A stretch of 64,000 bases of DNA from Chlorobiota bacterium (GCA_028287785.1 JAQBOZ010000017.1:72225-136224), one strand, 5' to 3'; positions 1 through 12,721 are shown, numbered from the stretch's first letter. Notes: generated by a model not told the origin, from the sequence alone. Program-made: numbers and translations.

Positions 1-535
1 CCCATCGGTTGGAATAGACAACGCGGCCACCTACGCTGCCGACGTCTTCATCTTCATCCTCTCGCAGCCGCAGTCCCGCTTTCAGCGCAAGCTGGTGGAG
101 AGCGGCATAGCGCAGGGGGCCAGCATCAGTTACTACACGCAGCGTTACACCGGCCCTATCTCGGCATCGGCCACAACCACGCCGGACCGGACCAGGCAGG
201 CGATGGACGCGCTCTGGAACGAGATTCAGGCGTTCGATTCCCCCGATTACTTCACCGACGACGAGCTGGAGACATCGAAATCGATCCTCCGCGTCAGGGC
301 GCTTTACGAGAGCGAGGAGACATCGGACTGGGTCCATACGCCATCATTCTGGTGGAGCACCACCGGGCTGGATTACTATATCGGCTATCTCGACAATCTG
401 GCGAAGGTGACAAGGGCCGATATCCAGAATTACGTGCGGAAGTATATCAAGGGGAAGAATTATGTGCTGGGGGTTGGAACCGATCCGGCCACGCTGGCGA
501 AGCTCAATCTAAAGCCGGCGGAGGTGCTGCGATGA
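1..535 (+). CDS. M16 (pitrilysin/insulinase) family peptidase, C-terminal part; 5' truncated by window edge
   Basis: Frame is open from base 2; ends in a typical M16 C-domain (YLDNLAKVTRADIQNYVRKYI); stop overlaps the next ATG (ATGA). Confidence 0.8.
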   Translation, partial: PSVGIDNAATYAADVFIFILSQPQSRFQRKLVESGIAQGASISYYTQRYTGPISASATTTPDRTRQAMDALWNEIQAFDSPDYFTDDELETSKSILRVRALYESEETSDWVHTPSFWWSTTGLDYYIGYLDNLAKVTRADIQNYVRKYIKGKNYVLGVGTDPATLAKLNLKPAEVLR

Positions 536-1992
536 ACAAGATCCTGATCAACGAATCAATCAGAACGATTGGAGAGAAGAAGCCCGTGGTGATCAAATCG
601 AAGCTCCGGCGCGCGGCCGGCCTGCGTCTGTCCCTGCTCGGCCTGGCCCTGCTGGCCGGGGTGTTCCCGGCGCGTGGCAACGCCGAGCCGTTTGCGCCGC
701 TGGTGAGGAACGTGAAGCAGTTCACGGTGGCCGGGATACCGGTGCTGTTACGGCCCAGCGATCCGGCGAACCATGTGATCGTCGCAAAGCTCTTTATTCG
801 TGGTGGAACCACCGCGCTTCCCGAGGGGGTTTCTCCGGCGGTCGAAGCGCTCTCGCTGGAGATTCCATCGCTCAGCGGGCCGAAGGGAATGGATCGCGCC
901 GCGTATCAGCGGCAGATTCAGCGGATGTATATCGGCATCCAGCCGGCGCAGGGACGCGATTTTTCCACGCTGACGCTCCGCTGTGTCGATGAACAGTTCA
1001 ACCCGTCGTGGGATCTGTTCGCGGGGGTGATCACGCAGCCGCAGTTTGATCCGGTCGAGCTTCGGAACGCGAAGGACCGGACGCTGAGCGCGCTGAAGAA
1101 CAGGCAGATCAACCCGGAGGCGTACGCCAACTATCTGGCCGACAGCGCCTTCTTCTACGGTCATCCGTACGGTCGGTTCGCGCAGGAGCAGGATATCCCG
1201 CCGATCACCGCGGCCATACTCGCCGATCATTACAGGGAGCTTTTCGTCAAGTCGCGCCTGCTGCTTGTGGTGGTGGGAAATGTCGATTCGGCCGATCTCT
1301 ACCGGAAGATCACCAGCTCGCTCGGAAAGCTGCCGCAGGGGAGCTATCGCGAGCCTCTGGTGCCGACGCCGAAGAACGCGAAAACGCCGATGCTGATCGT
1401 GCGTCCTACCGCCGGCCGCGCGGTGACCAACTACATCGCGGCGCGGTATCTGGCGCCGAACCGGAACGATTCGCTCTACTATCCGATGATGCGGCTCCTC
1501 AGCTTCGTCTCCGGATCGCTCTTCCGCGAGGTCCGCATCGAGCGCAACCTCAGCTATGCCCCGGATGCCGATGTGACGTTCGCCAATACATCGTATGGCG
1601 ATGTCACCATCTCCACCACGCTTCCCGATTCGGCCTGGCGCGTGGCACGGGGACAGGTGATCGATTTCTTCCGCGATTACGTGATCAAGGATGAGTTCCT
1701 GAAGTCGGGGCTGAGCAGCTGGATCACCAGCAATTACATGCGCGAGCAGACCAACGAATCGCAGGCGACCGAGCTTGGCCGGGCGCAGATCTATACCGGC
1801 TCCTGGGCCAACGCGTTCGGCGTGGTGGAGGGGGTGAGCGATGTGACGCCCGAGCAGATGAACCTGGCGGCGCAGCGATATCTGAAGAACTTCACGATTG
1901 TCGTGGTGGGGAACCCATCATCGGTGACCGCGTCGGAGTTTCTGCCGGCGCCGGCCAGTGGGGGCGGATCATCGCTCCATCATGGTAAATAG
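532..1992 (+). CDS. M16 family peptidase-like protein, probably a non-catalytic subunit, exported
   Basis: ATG at 532 overlaps the upstream stop; hydrophobic signal segment; FYGHPYGR, LLLVVVGNVD and SLFREVRIERNLSY motifs; no HxxEH. Confidence 0.8.
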   Translation: MNKILINESIRTIGEKKPVVIKSKLRRAAGLRLSLLGLALLAGVFPARGNAEPFAPLVRNVKQFTVAGIPVLLRPSDPANHVIVAKLFIRGGTTALPEGVSPAVEALSLEIPSLSGPKGMDRAAYQRQIQRMYIGIQPAQGRDFSTLTLRCVDEQFNPSWDLFAGVITQPQFDPVELRNAKDRTLSALKNRQINPEAYANYLADSAFFYGHPYGRFAQEQDIPPITAAILADHYRELFVKSRLLLVVVGNVDSADLYRKITSSLGKLPQGSYREPLVPTPKNAKTPMLIVRPTAGRAVTNYIAARYLAPNRNDSLYYPMMRLLSFVSGSLFREVRIERNLSYAPDADVTFANTSYGDVTISTTLPDSAWRVARGQVIDFFRDYVIKDEFLKSGLSSWITSNYMREQTNESQATELGRAQIYTGSWANAFGVVEGVSDVTPEQMNLAAQRYLKNFTIVVVGNPSSVTASEFLPAPASGGGSSLHHGK

Positions 1993-2021
1993 CGCCGACG
2001 GATTGCCGGGAGAATACAACT

Positions 2022-2061
2022 GAAACGGGCCGGGGATGCTGAGCATTTCCCGGCCCGTTTC
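2022..2061. terminator. Hairpin between convergent genes (likely bidirectional terminator)
   Basis: GAAACGGGCCGGGGATGCT/AGCATTTCCCGGCCCGTTTC inverted repeat. Confidence 0.7.
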
Positions 2062-2086
2062 GTTATCGGCTGGACGTGTCGACGGG

Positions 2087-3205
2087 TTATCGTCGCCGGT
2101 CCATGAACTTCTTCCGTCGATTCCTGATGTAATCCACGAAGACGGTCTCCCCAAGCTGGTTCAGCCCCGAATAATATGCGCGACCGTGGTTTGCCTTCGT
2201 CAACTCCTCGACGAAGTTCACCAGATAGGGGTCCTGCGCCACCATGAAGGTGGTGATGGTGATCCCCTCGCGCCGGCAGGCCACGGCCTCATCGAGCGTC
2301 TTGTTGACGATGCGGGGATCGAGCCCGAAGGAGTTTTTGTAGAGCCGTCCGGTATCCTCGAAGATCGCCGATGGCTTGCCGTCGGTGACCATGAAGATCT
2401 GCTTGTTGGCGTTTCCCTTCCGTTTCAGGAGCTGGCGGGCCAGTTGAATCCCGGCGCGCGTGTTCGTGTGGAACGGTCCCACGGAGACAAACGGAAGCTC
2501 GTGGATATTCACCTCCCGAGCCTCATCGCCGAAGAGAAGGACATGAAGCCGATCCTTGGGGAAGCGGGTTGTGATAAGCTCCGAGAGGGCAAGCGCCACC
2601 TGTTTTGCCGGCGTGATCCTATCCTCGCCATAGAGGATCATCGAGTGGGAGATGTCCAGCATCAGCACCGTTGCCACGTTCGTGGTATGCTCCGTCTCGT
2701 GGACTCTGATATCATCTTCCACCAGCGAGAAGTTCGCAAGGTCGCCATCGCGTTTGAGCGCGTTGCTCAGGGTGCTTGTGGAATCGATGTTGGCGGTCTG
2801 ATCGCCGAACTCGTATTCGCGCAGATCGCCCGTGCGTTCCACGCCCGAGCCGGTGTAGGGAGTTTCATGCTGCCCGGTTCCCGATTTCTTCAGTGTCGTG
2901 AAGATCTCCCGCAGAGCATCCTGGCGGATTCTCTGGGCGCCTTTGCGGGTCAGATCGTAATCAGGCCCGCGTCCCCCCTCATTCTCGCGGATCAGCCCGG
3001 CTTTCTTCAGCTCGTCGATAAACTGTTCCATGGTCATATCGCCGAGGATGTTGTATTCCTCATCAATACGGCTCATCCATTCCAGCGCTTCATCGACATC
3101 GCCCGATGTCTTCGTCAGCAGGTAGCTGAACAGCCGGAAGAGCTGTTCCAGGCGTTCCTGGTTGGAGAGGAAGTCATCGGCCCACTCGGAGTATTGAATG
3201 ATCAT
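2087..3205 (-). CDS. VWA domain-containing protein
   Basis: MIDAS motif DISHSM, later TNT and MVTDGKPS. Confidence 0.85.
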   Translation of the reverse strand: MIIQYSEWADDFLSNQERLEQLFRLFSYLLTKTSGDVDEALEWMSRIDEEYNILGDMTMEQFIDELKKAGLIRENEGGRGPDYDLTRKGAQRIRQDALREIFTTLKKSGTGQHETPYTGSGVERTGDLREYEFGDQTANIDSTSTLSNALKRDGDLANFSLVEDDIRVHETEHTTNVATVLMLDISHSMILYGEDRITPAKQVALALSELITTRFPKDRLHVLLFGDEAREVNIHELPFVSVGPFHTNTRAGIQLARQLLKRKGNANKQIFMVTDGKPSAIFEDTGRLYKNSFGLDPRIVNKTLDEAVACRREGITITTFMVAQDPYLVNFVEELTKANHGRAYYSGLNQLGETVFVDYIRNRRKKFMDRRR

Positions 3206-3322
3206 GGTTTCGGAACGTTATCGTACATCATTGCCCGGTACCGGATAAACACGGGGTTCGGTGGGACGTATTGTCCCGCGCGACGGCAATGTATCGAATA
3301 TGGGGGAGAGTGATTACAGGAG

Positions 3323-3350
3323 CGCCCTCTCCGGAATCCCGGAGAGGGCG
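3323..3350 (-). terminator. Hairpin downstream of clpC
   Basis: CGCCCTCTCCGG-aatc-CCGGAGAGGGCG perfect 12-bp stem. Confidence 0.6.
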
Positions 3351-3388
3351 GCTCTGTACGTGTCGTGCATACCGGACGCGGGTCTGAG

Positions 3389-5941
<2,553 letters not shown>

Positions 5942-6242
5942 CAGATTTGTCCTTCGCTGGCACACCACCCGGCAGCGGGCGGTGGCGCAATTGGTGAATG
6001 CTTTCCTCTGTCCCTTGTTCAGATGACGCCCGACAGGTGCGTGGCGTTCATCGTTCCGGCCTGGGGAGTTCCCTAATAGTGTGTTAAGTCGTAATCGCTC
6101 TCCTCAACCGCCATCGAGGCAGAGCTGTCCGCTATCGGCATGAGCGTTCTGTAGATCATGGGTACGATGTCGCCAGGGCGACGGATTGTCATACTTGCCG
6201 ACTCGAATGATGACATTGCTGCGGAGATCCGTGACAGATCGA

Positions 6243-6262
6243 TTGTATAATGCTTTATACAA
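6243..6262. promoter_or_regulatory. Palindromic operator candidate in the clpC / acyl-CoA dehydrogenase divergent region
   Basis: TTGTATAA-TGCT-TTATACAA perfect 8-4-8 inverted repeat. Confidence 0.5.
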
Positions 6263-6609
6263 CCACAATGGTTCCCGGTTTCAAGCCATCCGCCATATGC
6301 TCCAACTACTGTACCATTTCATCATCCCGAGGAGCATCAATAGGCTGAATCCAGCGGAAAACCGACAGGATGATCGCCTTTCCGCCATCGCCTCGATCTA
6401 TCGGTTTCCAACCGACGAAGCAGGTGGTCGCGCGATACGTGCCGGCGTTGATGCTGATAATAACCACTGGGGGAGGTCTTTACAAGGGAGGGGAGCAAAG
6501 TTTCGAGACTGAGCGATGTTTCCGCGATTGGAGCCATGCGGGCGTCCGGCGCACAAGGGGGGAGGGGGAGATGCTTTTCATCATTTGACACATTGTTTGC
6601 CGCTCCCTT

Positions 6610-6642
6610 TTTGGCTATCCCCACTCACTACCCGTAACTTTG
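6610..6642 (+). promoter_or_regulatory. Bacteroidota-type -33/-7 promoter
   Basis: TTTG (6610-6613), 21-nt spacer, TAACTTTG (6635-6642), 46 nt before the ATG at 6689. Confidence 0.6.
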
Positions 6643-6688
6643 CAGACTTCGATATATTTTCATCATAAACTTTCAGGAACCTGACCAG

Positions 6689-7843
6689 ATGCTGCAGTTA
6701 GATCTGACCGAAACCCATGAGATGATCCGCGATACCGCGCGCGACTTCGCACAGAACGAGGTTGCTCCCTCCGCCATTCATCGCGACATCAATGCGGAGT
6801 TTCCGTATGAGATCGTCAAGAAGCTCGGCGAGCTCGGGTTCATGGGAATGATGGTCTCCCCGGACTGGGGGGGCGCCGGCCTGGACGCCATGAGCTACGT
6901 GGTGGCAATGGAGGAGATCTCCAAGGTCGATGCATCGGTCGGCGTTATCATGTCGGTCAACAACTCGCTGGTCTGCTGGTCCCTGGAAACCTACGGCACG
7001 GATGACCAGAAGGAGCGCTTCCTCCGCCCGCTGGCGACCGGCGAGAAGCTGGGCGCCTACTGCCTCTCCGAGCCGGAGGCCGGCTCCGACGCAACCCAGC
7101 AGCGCACCACCGCGGTCAGGAACGACGACGGCACCTGGACGATCAACGGCACCAAGAACTGGATCACCAACGGCCTCACCGCCGATGTCTATCTGGTCTA
7201 CGCCCAGACCGACAAGGAGAAGGGCTACAAGGGGATAAGCTGTTTCATCGTTGAGAAGGGGACGCCCGGATTTACGCATGGGGTGAAGGAGGACAAGCTC
7301 GGCATCCGTTCCAGCGATACCTGCTCGCTCCAGTTCCAGGATGTGGTGGTGCCGCAGGAGAATATGCTTGGACCGGAGGGAAGAGGGTTCAATATCGCGA
7401 TGGAGACCCTGAACGGCGGACGTATCGGCATTGCCGCGCAGGCGCTCGGCATCGCCCAGGGGGCCTTCGAGGCGGCGACCAACTACGCCAAGGAGCGGAA
7501 GGCATTCGGCAAGCCTATCTCCAATCTTCAGGCCATCCAGTTCAAGCTGGCCGATATGGCCACCAAGATCGCGGCGGCGCGCGCGCTGGTTCACCGTGCC
7601 GCCTCCACAAAGGACAAGCACGAGCGGTACGTCCGCGAGGCCGCCATGGCAAAGCTCTACGCATCGAAGATCGCCGTGGAGGTCACGCTGGAGGCGATTC
7701 AGGTGCATGGCGGCTATGGCTACGTGCGCGAGTACAAGGTGGAGCGGTATCTGCGCGACGCGAAGATCACCGAGATCTACGAGGGAACTTCCGAGATCCA
7801 GCATATCGTGATCGCCCGCGAGATTCTTCGCGATGCCTCCTAA
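6689..7843 (+). CDS. Acyl-CoA dehydrogenase (short-chain/butyryl-CoA type)
   Basis: YCLSEPEAGSDA, NGTKNWITNG, QVHGGYGY and IYEGTSEIQ motifs. Confidence 0.95.
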   Translation: MLQLDLTETHEMIRDTARDFAQNEVAPSAIHRDINAEFPYEIVKKLGELGFMGMMVSPDWGGAGLDAMSYVVAMEEISKVDASVGVIMSVNNSLVCWSLETYGTDDQKERFLRPLATGEKLGAYCLSEPEAGSDATQQRTTAVRNDDGTWTINGTKNWITNGLTADVYLVYAQTDKEKGYKGISCFIVEKGTPGFTHGVKEDKLGIRSSDTCSLQFQDVVVPQENMLGPEGRGFNIAMETLNGGRIGIAAQALGIAQGAFEAATNYAKERKAFGKPISNLQAIQFKLADMATKIAAARALVHRAASTKDKHERYVREAAMAKLYASKIAVEVTLEAIQVHGGYGYVREYKVERYLRDAKITEIYEGTSEIQHIVIAREILRDAS

Positions 7844-7986
7844 GCTGCCGGGTCGCGCAACGGCAATCGACAGGAATGATCAGCCAACGGCAAGCCCCGA
7901 CATCATCGGGGCTTGCTATTTTATGGCCCGCATGGTAATCTGATTCTCTCATAATCGTCGATGCCCGGTAATCGAGAACGCACGCG

Positions 7987-9648
7987 ATGCCTCCTCACTC
8001 ACCGGCCCGATATCAAGTGGTGATTGTTACAGCCTTGACCCTTCCACGTATATATCAGGTCCTCCTGATCGGCACCCTCTTCGGAGCCGTCGTTTCCTCG
8101 ATGGCGTGGGGGCAGCCCGTCGGGCCGGCGCAGACGGTGGTGCTGGAACATGCCGATACCTTCTCCGGCCATCAGGAAGGGGGGGAGGAGGTGAATGATC
8201 TCCTTGGGCATGTGCGGATCACACAGGGGCTGGTTCATATCGAGGCCGATCATGTGCTCCTCTATGCCGCGACCAATCGCGCCATCCTCACCGGCAACGT
8301 GAAGATGACCCAGCCGGAGATGACGCTCCTGACATCCCATGCCGAGTACGATGGCGCCACCAAGGTGGCAACCGCCACATCGGGGGTGACGCTGATAGAG
8401 TCGGCAGGGACGCTGACGGCCGGCTCCGGACGCTACTACATGTACGAGCGGCGCGCGGAGTTCGAGAACGGCGTGCAGTTGCAGGATGGGCATACCACGT
8501 TGCGGGCGGCATCGGGCGTCTATTATTCAATCGAGCAGAAGGCGAATTTCACCGGCGGCGTCACCGTCGATAACGATTCCGGCACGATCGTCGCGCGCGA
8601 CCTTACCTACTGGCGCGCATCGCGGGAATCGTATGCAACGGGGAATGTGGTGGTGACTTCCCGCCAGAGCGCGGCCGTGTTGATGGGGGATACCGTCAGC
8701 AACGTTCCGATCAGAGGCTATACGATCGCGCTCGGGCATCCCAGGCTGGTGAAGGTCGATACGGTCGCGGCGGCCGATTCGACCCGGTCGGTCAGGCGGG
8801 ATACCACGGTGATCACCGCGCGGAAGCTGGAGGCGTACCGTATCGGGCATGAGGAGTATATCGCCACCGACAGCGTCAGGCTTCGACGGGAGAAGCTGGA
8901 GGCGGTAGCGGCTCTGGCGCGCTTCCTTCCGGGGGAAAATGTGATCGGCCTGGGGTCGGGGCTGCGCCGCAACCAGGATAGCGCCGTTCACGACAGCACG
9001 AAAAAGGATACGGCCCATCGAAAGCCCGATTCCCCCTCCGTCGCCAACGATGCCGTTACAGGTGTTCCGCAGGCGCCGCAGAAGGCGGCCGGCATCTATC
9101 CGGTGGTCTGGTACGATCAATCGCAGCTTACCGGCGACTCGATCACGGTGGGCCTGCTGGAAAAAAAGCTTCGGACGATCGACGTACAGGGGAACGGCTT
9201 CGCGGTAACGCGAGGGAAGGTTCCCACACGATACGATCAACTTGCCGGCACCCGGCTCTTCTTCGATGTTCTGCAGGATACCATCCGCCAGGTGCGGTCG
9301 GAAGGGCTCGCCTCCAGCATCTACTTCGCCTATGAATCGGAACGCCCCAATGGGGTGAACCGGACGTCCGGCGATACCATCAAGGTGCGCTTTGCCGATG
9401 GTCAGGCGTCGAACATCAGCATCATCGGACGGCGGGCGCATGCCGAGGGGGAGTATTTCCCGGAGCAGATGGTGGCCGGGCAGGAGGTGATCTACAGGCT
9501 GGATGGGTTCCGGTGGATCGGCCGCGATGGATCGGTCGACGCGGGTGGAGGAGCAATCCCCAACGCGGGAACCGACCCGGAGATAAAGAAGAAGGAGGGG
9601 AACGGCGGAAACGGAGTGGGAGCTTCCACGCCGCGCATCCGGCAATAG
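7987..9648 (+). CDS. OstA/LptA-like beta-jellyroll protein (exported, LPS-transport related)
   Basis: Signal segment then repeated L.G.V.I.Q / A..A.Y / GNV units; true start may be slightly downstream. Confidence 0.7.
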   Translation: MPPHSPARYQVVIVTALTLPRIYQVLLIGTLFGAVVSSMAWGQPVGPAQTVVLEHADTFSGHQEGGEEVNDLLGHVRITQGLVHIEADHVLLYAATNRAILTGNVKMTQPEMTLLTSHAEYDGATKVATATSGVTLIESAGTLTAGSGRYYMYERRAEFENGVQLQDGHTTLRAASGVYYSIEQKANFTGGVTVDNDSGTIVARDLTYWRASRESYATGNVVVTSRQSAAVLMGDTVSNVPIRGYTIALGHPRLVKVDTVAAADSTRSVRRDTTVITARKLEAYRIGHEEYIATDSVRLRREKLEAVAALARFLPGENVIGLGSGLRRNQDSAVHDSTKKDTAHRKPDSPSVANDAVTGVPQAPQKAAGIYPVVWYDQSQLTGDSITVGLLEKKLRTIDVQGNGFAVTRGKVPTRYDQLAGTRLFFDVLQDTIRQVRSEGLASSIYFAYESERPNGVNRTSGDTIKVRFADGQASNISIIGRRAHAEGEYFPEQMVAGQEVIYRLDGFRWIGRDGSVDAGGGAIPNAGTDPEIKKKEGNGGNGVGASTPRIRQ

Positions 9649-9736
9649 ATTCCCCCGGATCTGATAATGGGCCCTCTCGGCCCGCCCGTGGCCCCCTTCA
9701 GGGGCATAGTGTCGGCGCACGGGCAATTCTCACGCA

Positions 9737-10513
9737 ATGTACATTCGGACATCGACTATCATCCCCCGGTTACGATATCATATCGGCCGTCATGAGGCGA
9801 GTGGCCTGGCCGGTTCCTTGAGCGTGATCGTGCTGATGATCATGATCTGCTCACATGCCCCCCTGGCTGCCCAGACGGCGCCGGATACGATGCGCGTCGT
9901 GGTGGGGGACCCGGAGGGGGGCGATACGATGTGGCTGCCGGTTCCGGGGCATCTCTGGCGATTGTTCAGCACCGATACCACCGATATCACAAGACGGCAG
10001 ACGCCGCTTCACAGGCTGCGGACAACCGTCACGCTGGATCATCCCATGATCCGCGATTATCTGGACAGCCTTCAGAATACGCCGGAGGCGATCATGCGCC
10101 GCAACCTGGCGATGGACCCTTCCCTCTGGCGACCGACCGATGCCGATCGCGCCCGTCGCGACGACGATATCAAGCGATCGCAGGGATGGGATCAGATCTA
10201 TCAGAATATCCCCAGGGTCGGATTCTCCATTCCCCTCTCGTCGATCGGCCGGGCGCTGGGGCTGGTGGAGGATGTGACCCCGCGCATCAAGTACACGCTG
10301 CTGGCTACCGACAACGTCACCGTGAAGGTCTACGATCTGATGGCGCGCACGGTCGCGGTGATGGTCGATGGGGTGCAGTCGCCGGGAGAGTATCGGATGG
10401 ACTGGAATATGCGCGATGACAACGGCCATCGCGTAAGCTCCGGCGATTACGTTGCCGAGGTCGTGGTCGGCGGAAAGCGGCTTATGCTCAGGAAGCGGAT
10501 CGAGGTGCCATAG
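9737..10513 (+). CDS. Exported protein with C-terminal FlgD-Ig / T9SS-CTD-like domain
   Basis: Signal peptide ending LAA-Q; C-terminus VKVYDLMARTV...PGEYRMDWN.RDDNGHRVSSGDY. Confidence 0.7.
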   Translation: MYIRTSTIIPRLRYHIGRHEASGLAGSLSVIVLMIMICSHAPLAAQTAPDTMRVVVGDPEGGDTMWLPVPGHLWRLFSTDTTDITRRQTPLHRLRTTVTLDHPMIRDYLDSLQNTPEAIMRRNLAMDPSLWRPTDADRARRDDDIKRSQGWDQIYQNIPRVGFSIPLSSIGRALGLVEDVTPRIKYTLLATDNVTVKVYDLMARTVAVMVDGVQSPGEYRMDWNMRDDNGHRVSSGDYVAEVVVGGKRLMLRKRIEVP

Positions 10514-10590
10514 CCGGCGATAACGTCCGTCAGGAAGTCGCGGCGGATGATGTTCTTCGATGGTTCGATAATGATTCATCAACCGATAAG

Positions 10591-10908
10591 GTGGGATCGA
10601 TGGGGCTGATTACCTGGATAATCATTCTTGGAGGGATGTCCTTCATGCTCTGGTACGGTTTCAACCTGCTGGTGCGGCGCCCCGGCATCGATGCCTCGGG
10701 CGATGGGCCGGGGCCGGTTGCGGCGTGCCATCTCTGTCGCCGGACGTTTCCGATCAGATATATGGTCAGCCGCGACAAGATGGCCGGCTTTATCAACTAT
10801 TTCTGCGGCGACTGCATCGAAGGGCTCTATAACGATTACATCGGCGCGCAGCGCGATGGGACCATCTCCCCGATAGAGAAACTGCGCGAAGGGATCAGCC
10901 GGAACTAG
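10591..10908 (+). CDS. Small membrane-anchored protein with CxxC...CxxC
   Basis: N-terminal TM helix, CHLC and CGDC; fills the gap between same-strand genes. Confidence 0.6.
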   Translation: MGSMGLITWIIILGGMSFMLWYGFNLLVRRPGIDASGDGPGPVAACHLCRRTFPIRYMVSRDKMAGFINYFCGDCIEGLYNDYIGAQRDGTISPIEKLREGISRN

Positions 10909-10957
10909 GCCGGCGGTGATGAACAGGCATTTCAACGATAGCTTTACTGACGATACC

Positions 10958-11977
10958 ATGAATATTGGACCGATACATGTCGACCGCGGACTTCTCCTTG
11001 CCCCGATGGAGGACGTTACCGATCCGCCGTTTCGCAGAATCTGCAAGCGACTTGGAGCCGATATCGTCTACACGGAGTTCATCTCCAGCGAGGGGCTGAT
11101 CCGCGATGCCCGGCGTTCCAACCAGAAGCTGCTGCTGTACGAGGATGAGCGGCCGGTGTCGATTCAGATCTTTGGCGGCGATGAGAACGTGATGGCGGAG
11201 GCCGCCCGTATCGCCCAGGATGCGGGGCCGGATTTCATCGATATCAACTGCGGATGCTGGGTGAAGAATGTGGTTGCCCGGAACGCCGGAGCCGCGCTGT
11301 TGAAGGATCTGCCGGCGATGGCCCGCATGGCGAAATCGGTGGTGGATGCCGTGAAGCTGCCGGTGACGCTGAAGACGCGGCTTGGCTGGGATAAGAGCTC
11401 CATCCGGATCACGGAGGTGGCGCAGATGCTGGAGGGCGTTGGAATCCAGGCGCTTGCCATTCACTGCCGCACGCGCGATCAGGGGCATGAGGGGGAGGCG
11501 GCGTGGGAGTATATCGAGCAGGTGAAGAAGGTGGTAAGCATCCCGGTGATCCTCAACGGCGATGTGAAGACCCCGCAGGACGTGGTCAGGGCGTTCGATA
11601 CCGGCGCCGATGCCGTGATGATCGGTCGCGCGGCGATCGCCAACCCCTGGATCTTCAGCGATGCCAAACGCTACATGGCTACCGGCGTGCTGCCGGAGCC
11701 GCAGACGCTGGAGGAGCGCCTCCGGGTCGCGATGGAGCATCTCACGCTCTCGATCGAATCCAAGGGGGATCGTTACGGGATCATCGAGTTCAGGAAATAC
11801 TGGGGCGGCTACCTCCACGCGATGCCCCTGGCAACGCAGGCACGGAAGGATCTGGTGGTCCTTTCCGGCGCGGAGGAGATCATTGCGCGTCTTGACCGAT
11901 ATCGCGAGGAGGTGGCGGACTTCAACCGCAGGCGGGAGGAGTGGTCGGTGGAACGCGCGGATGGTGTGACCGTCTGA
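10958..11977 (+). CDS. dusB: tRNA-dihydrouridine synthase B
   Basis: LAPMEDVTD, DINCGC, HCRT, NGDV and MIGRAAIANPWIF motifs. Confidence 0.92.
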   Translation: MNIGPIHVDRGLLLAPMEDVTDPPFRRICKRLGADIVYTEFISSEGLIRDARRSNQKLLLYEDERPVSIQIFGGDENVMAEAARIAQDAGPDFIDINCGCWVKNVVARNAGAALLKDLPAMARMAKSVVDAVKLPVTLKTRLGWDKSSIRITEVAQMLEGVGIQALAIHCRTRDQGHEGEAAWEYIEQVKKVVSIPVILNGDVKTPQDVVRAFDTGADAVMIGRAAIANPWIFSDAKRYMATGVLPEPQTLEERLRVAMEHLTLSIESKGDRYGIIEFRKYWGGYLHAMPLATQARKDLVVLSGAEEIIARLDRYREEVADFNRRREEWSVERADGVTV

Positions 11978-11999
11978 CGCACGATTATGCCGAATACAG

Positions 12000-12035
12000 G
12001 AAGGCCCGGCGGTGATCAGCACCGTCCGGGCCTTC
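12000..12035. terminator. Hairpin between convergent dusB and yceI
   Basis: GAAGGCCCGG-CGGTG...CACCG-T-CCGGGCCTTC. Confidence 0.65.
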
Positions 12036-12062
12036 GAACATTACGGGCCGTTCGGTTCCGGT

Positions 12063-12605
12063 TTATGCAACCGTCTCGGTCACGGGAGCCTTGACCAGCT
12101 CCAGCTCCAGCTCGATCTTCACATCCTCGCCGACCAGAAGGCCGCCCGTCTCGAGCGTCTGGTTCCAGACCAGACCGAAATCCTTCCTGTTGACCTTCGT
12201 GTGCGCGCTGAACCCGGCGCTCGTGGTTCCCCAGGGGCTGTTGGCAACGCCCGCGAACTCGGCCTCCAGTGTTACCGGCCTGGTGACGCCGTGGATCGTC
12301 AGGTCGCCGTTGATGCGAAGATCGTTGTTGCCCGCCTTCTCCACCGATGTGCTCTTGAACGCGATGTTCGGGTACTGCTCCGCGTCAAAGAAGTCCGGCG
12401 ATTTCAGATGGCCGTCGCGCTGCGGATCGCGGGTGTTGATGCTGGCGACATCGATCGTGACGTCAACCTTGAGGTTCTCCAGATTCTCCGGATCGAAATC
12501 GACGGTGCCGGTGAACTCCTCGAAACGCCCGCGGGCGTTCGAGATCATCATGTGACGGACGGAAAACTGAATCTGTGAATGCGACGGGTCGATGTTCCAT
12601 GCCAT
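12063..12605 (-). CDS. yceI: YceI family polyisoprenoid-binding protein
   Basis: WNIDPSHSQIQFSVRHMMIS, RDGHLKSPDFFD, GDLTIHGVT; AGGAG upstream of the ATG. Confidence 0.92.
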   Translation of the reverse strand: MAWNIDPSHSQIQFSVRHMMISNARGRFEEFTGTVDFDPENLENLKVDVTIDVASINTRDPQRDGHLKSPDFFDAEQYPNIAFKSTSVEKAGNNDLRINGDLTIHGVTRPVTLEAEFAGVANSPWGTTSAGFSAHTKVNRKDFGLVWNQTLETGGLLVGEDVKIELELELVKAPVTETVA

Positions 12606-12721
12606 GAGTGTCTCTCCTGTTTTGCTGAATGACGATTGAATTTCTCCGTTGATCATCCGCCGGGCCGATCGCGGACGATCGGAGCGCGAGGATGATCCAT
12701 AGGGAGGCAAGTTAATGCCGG

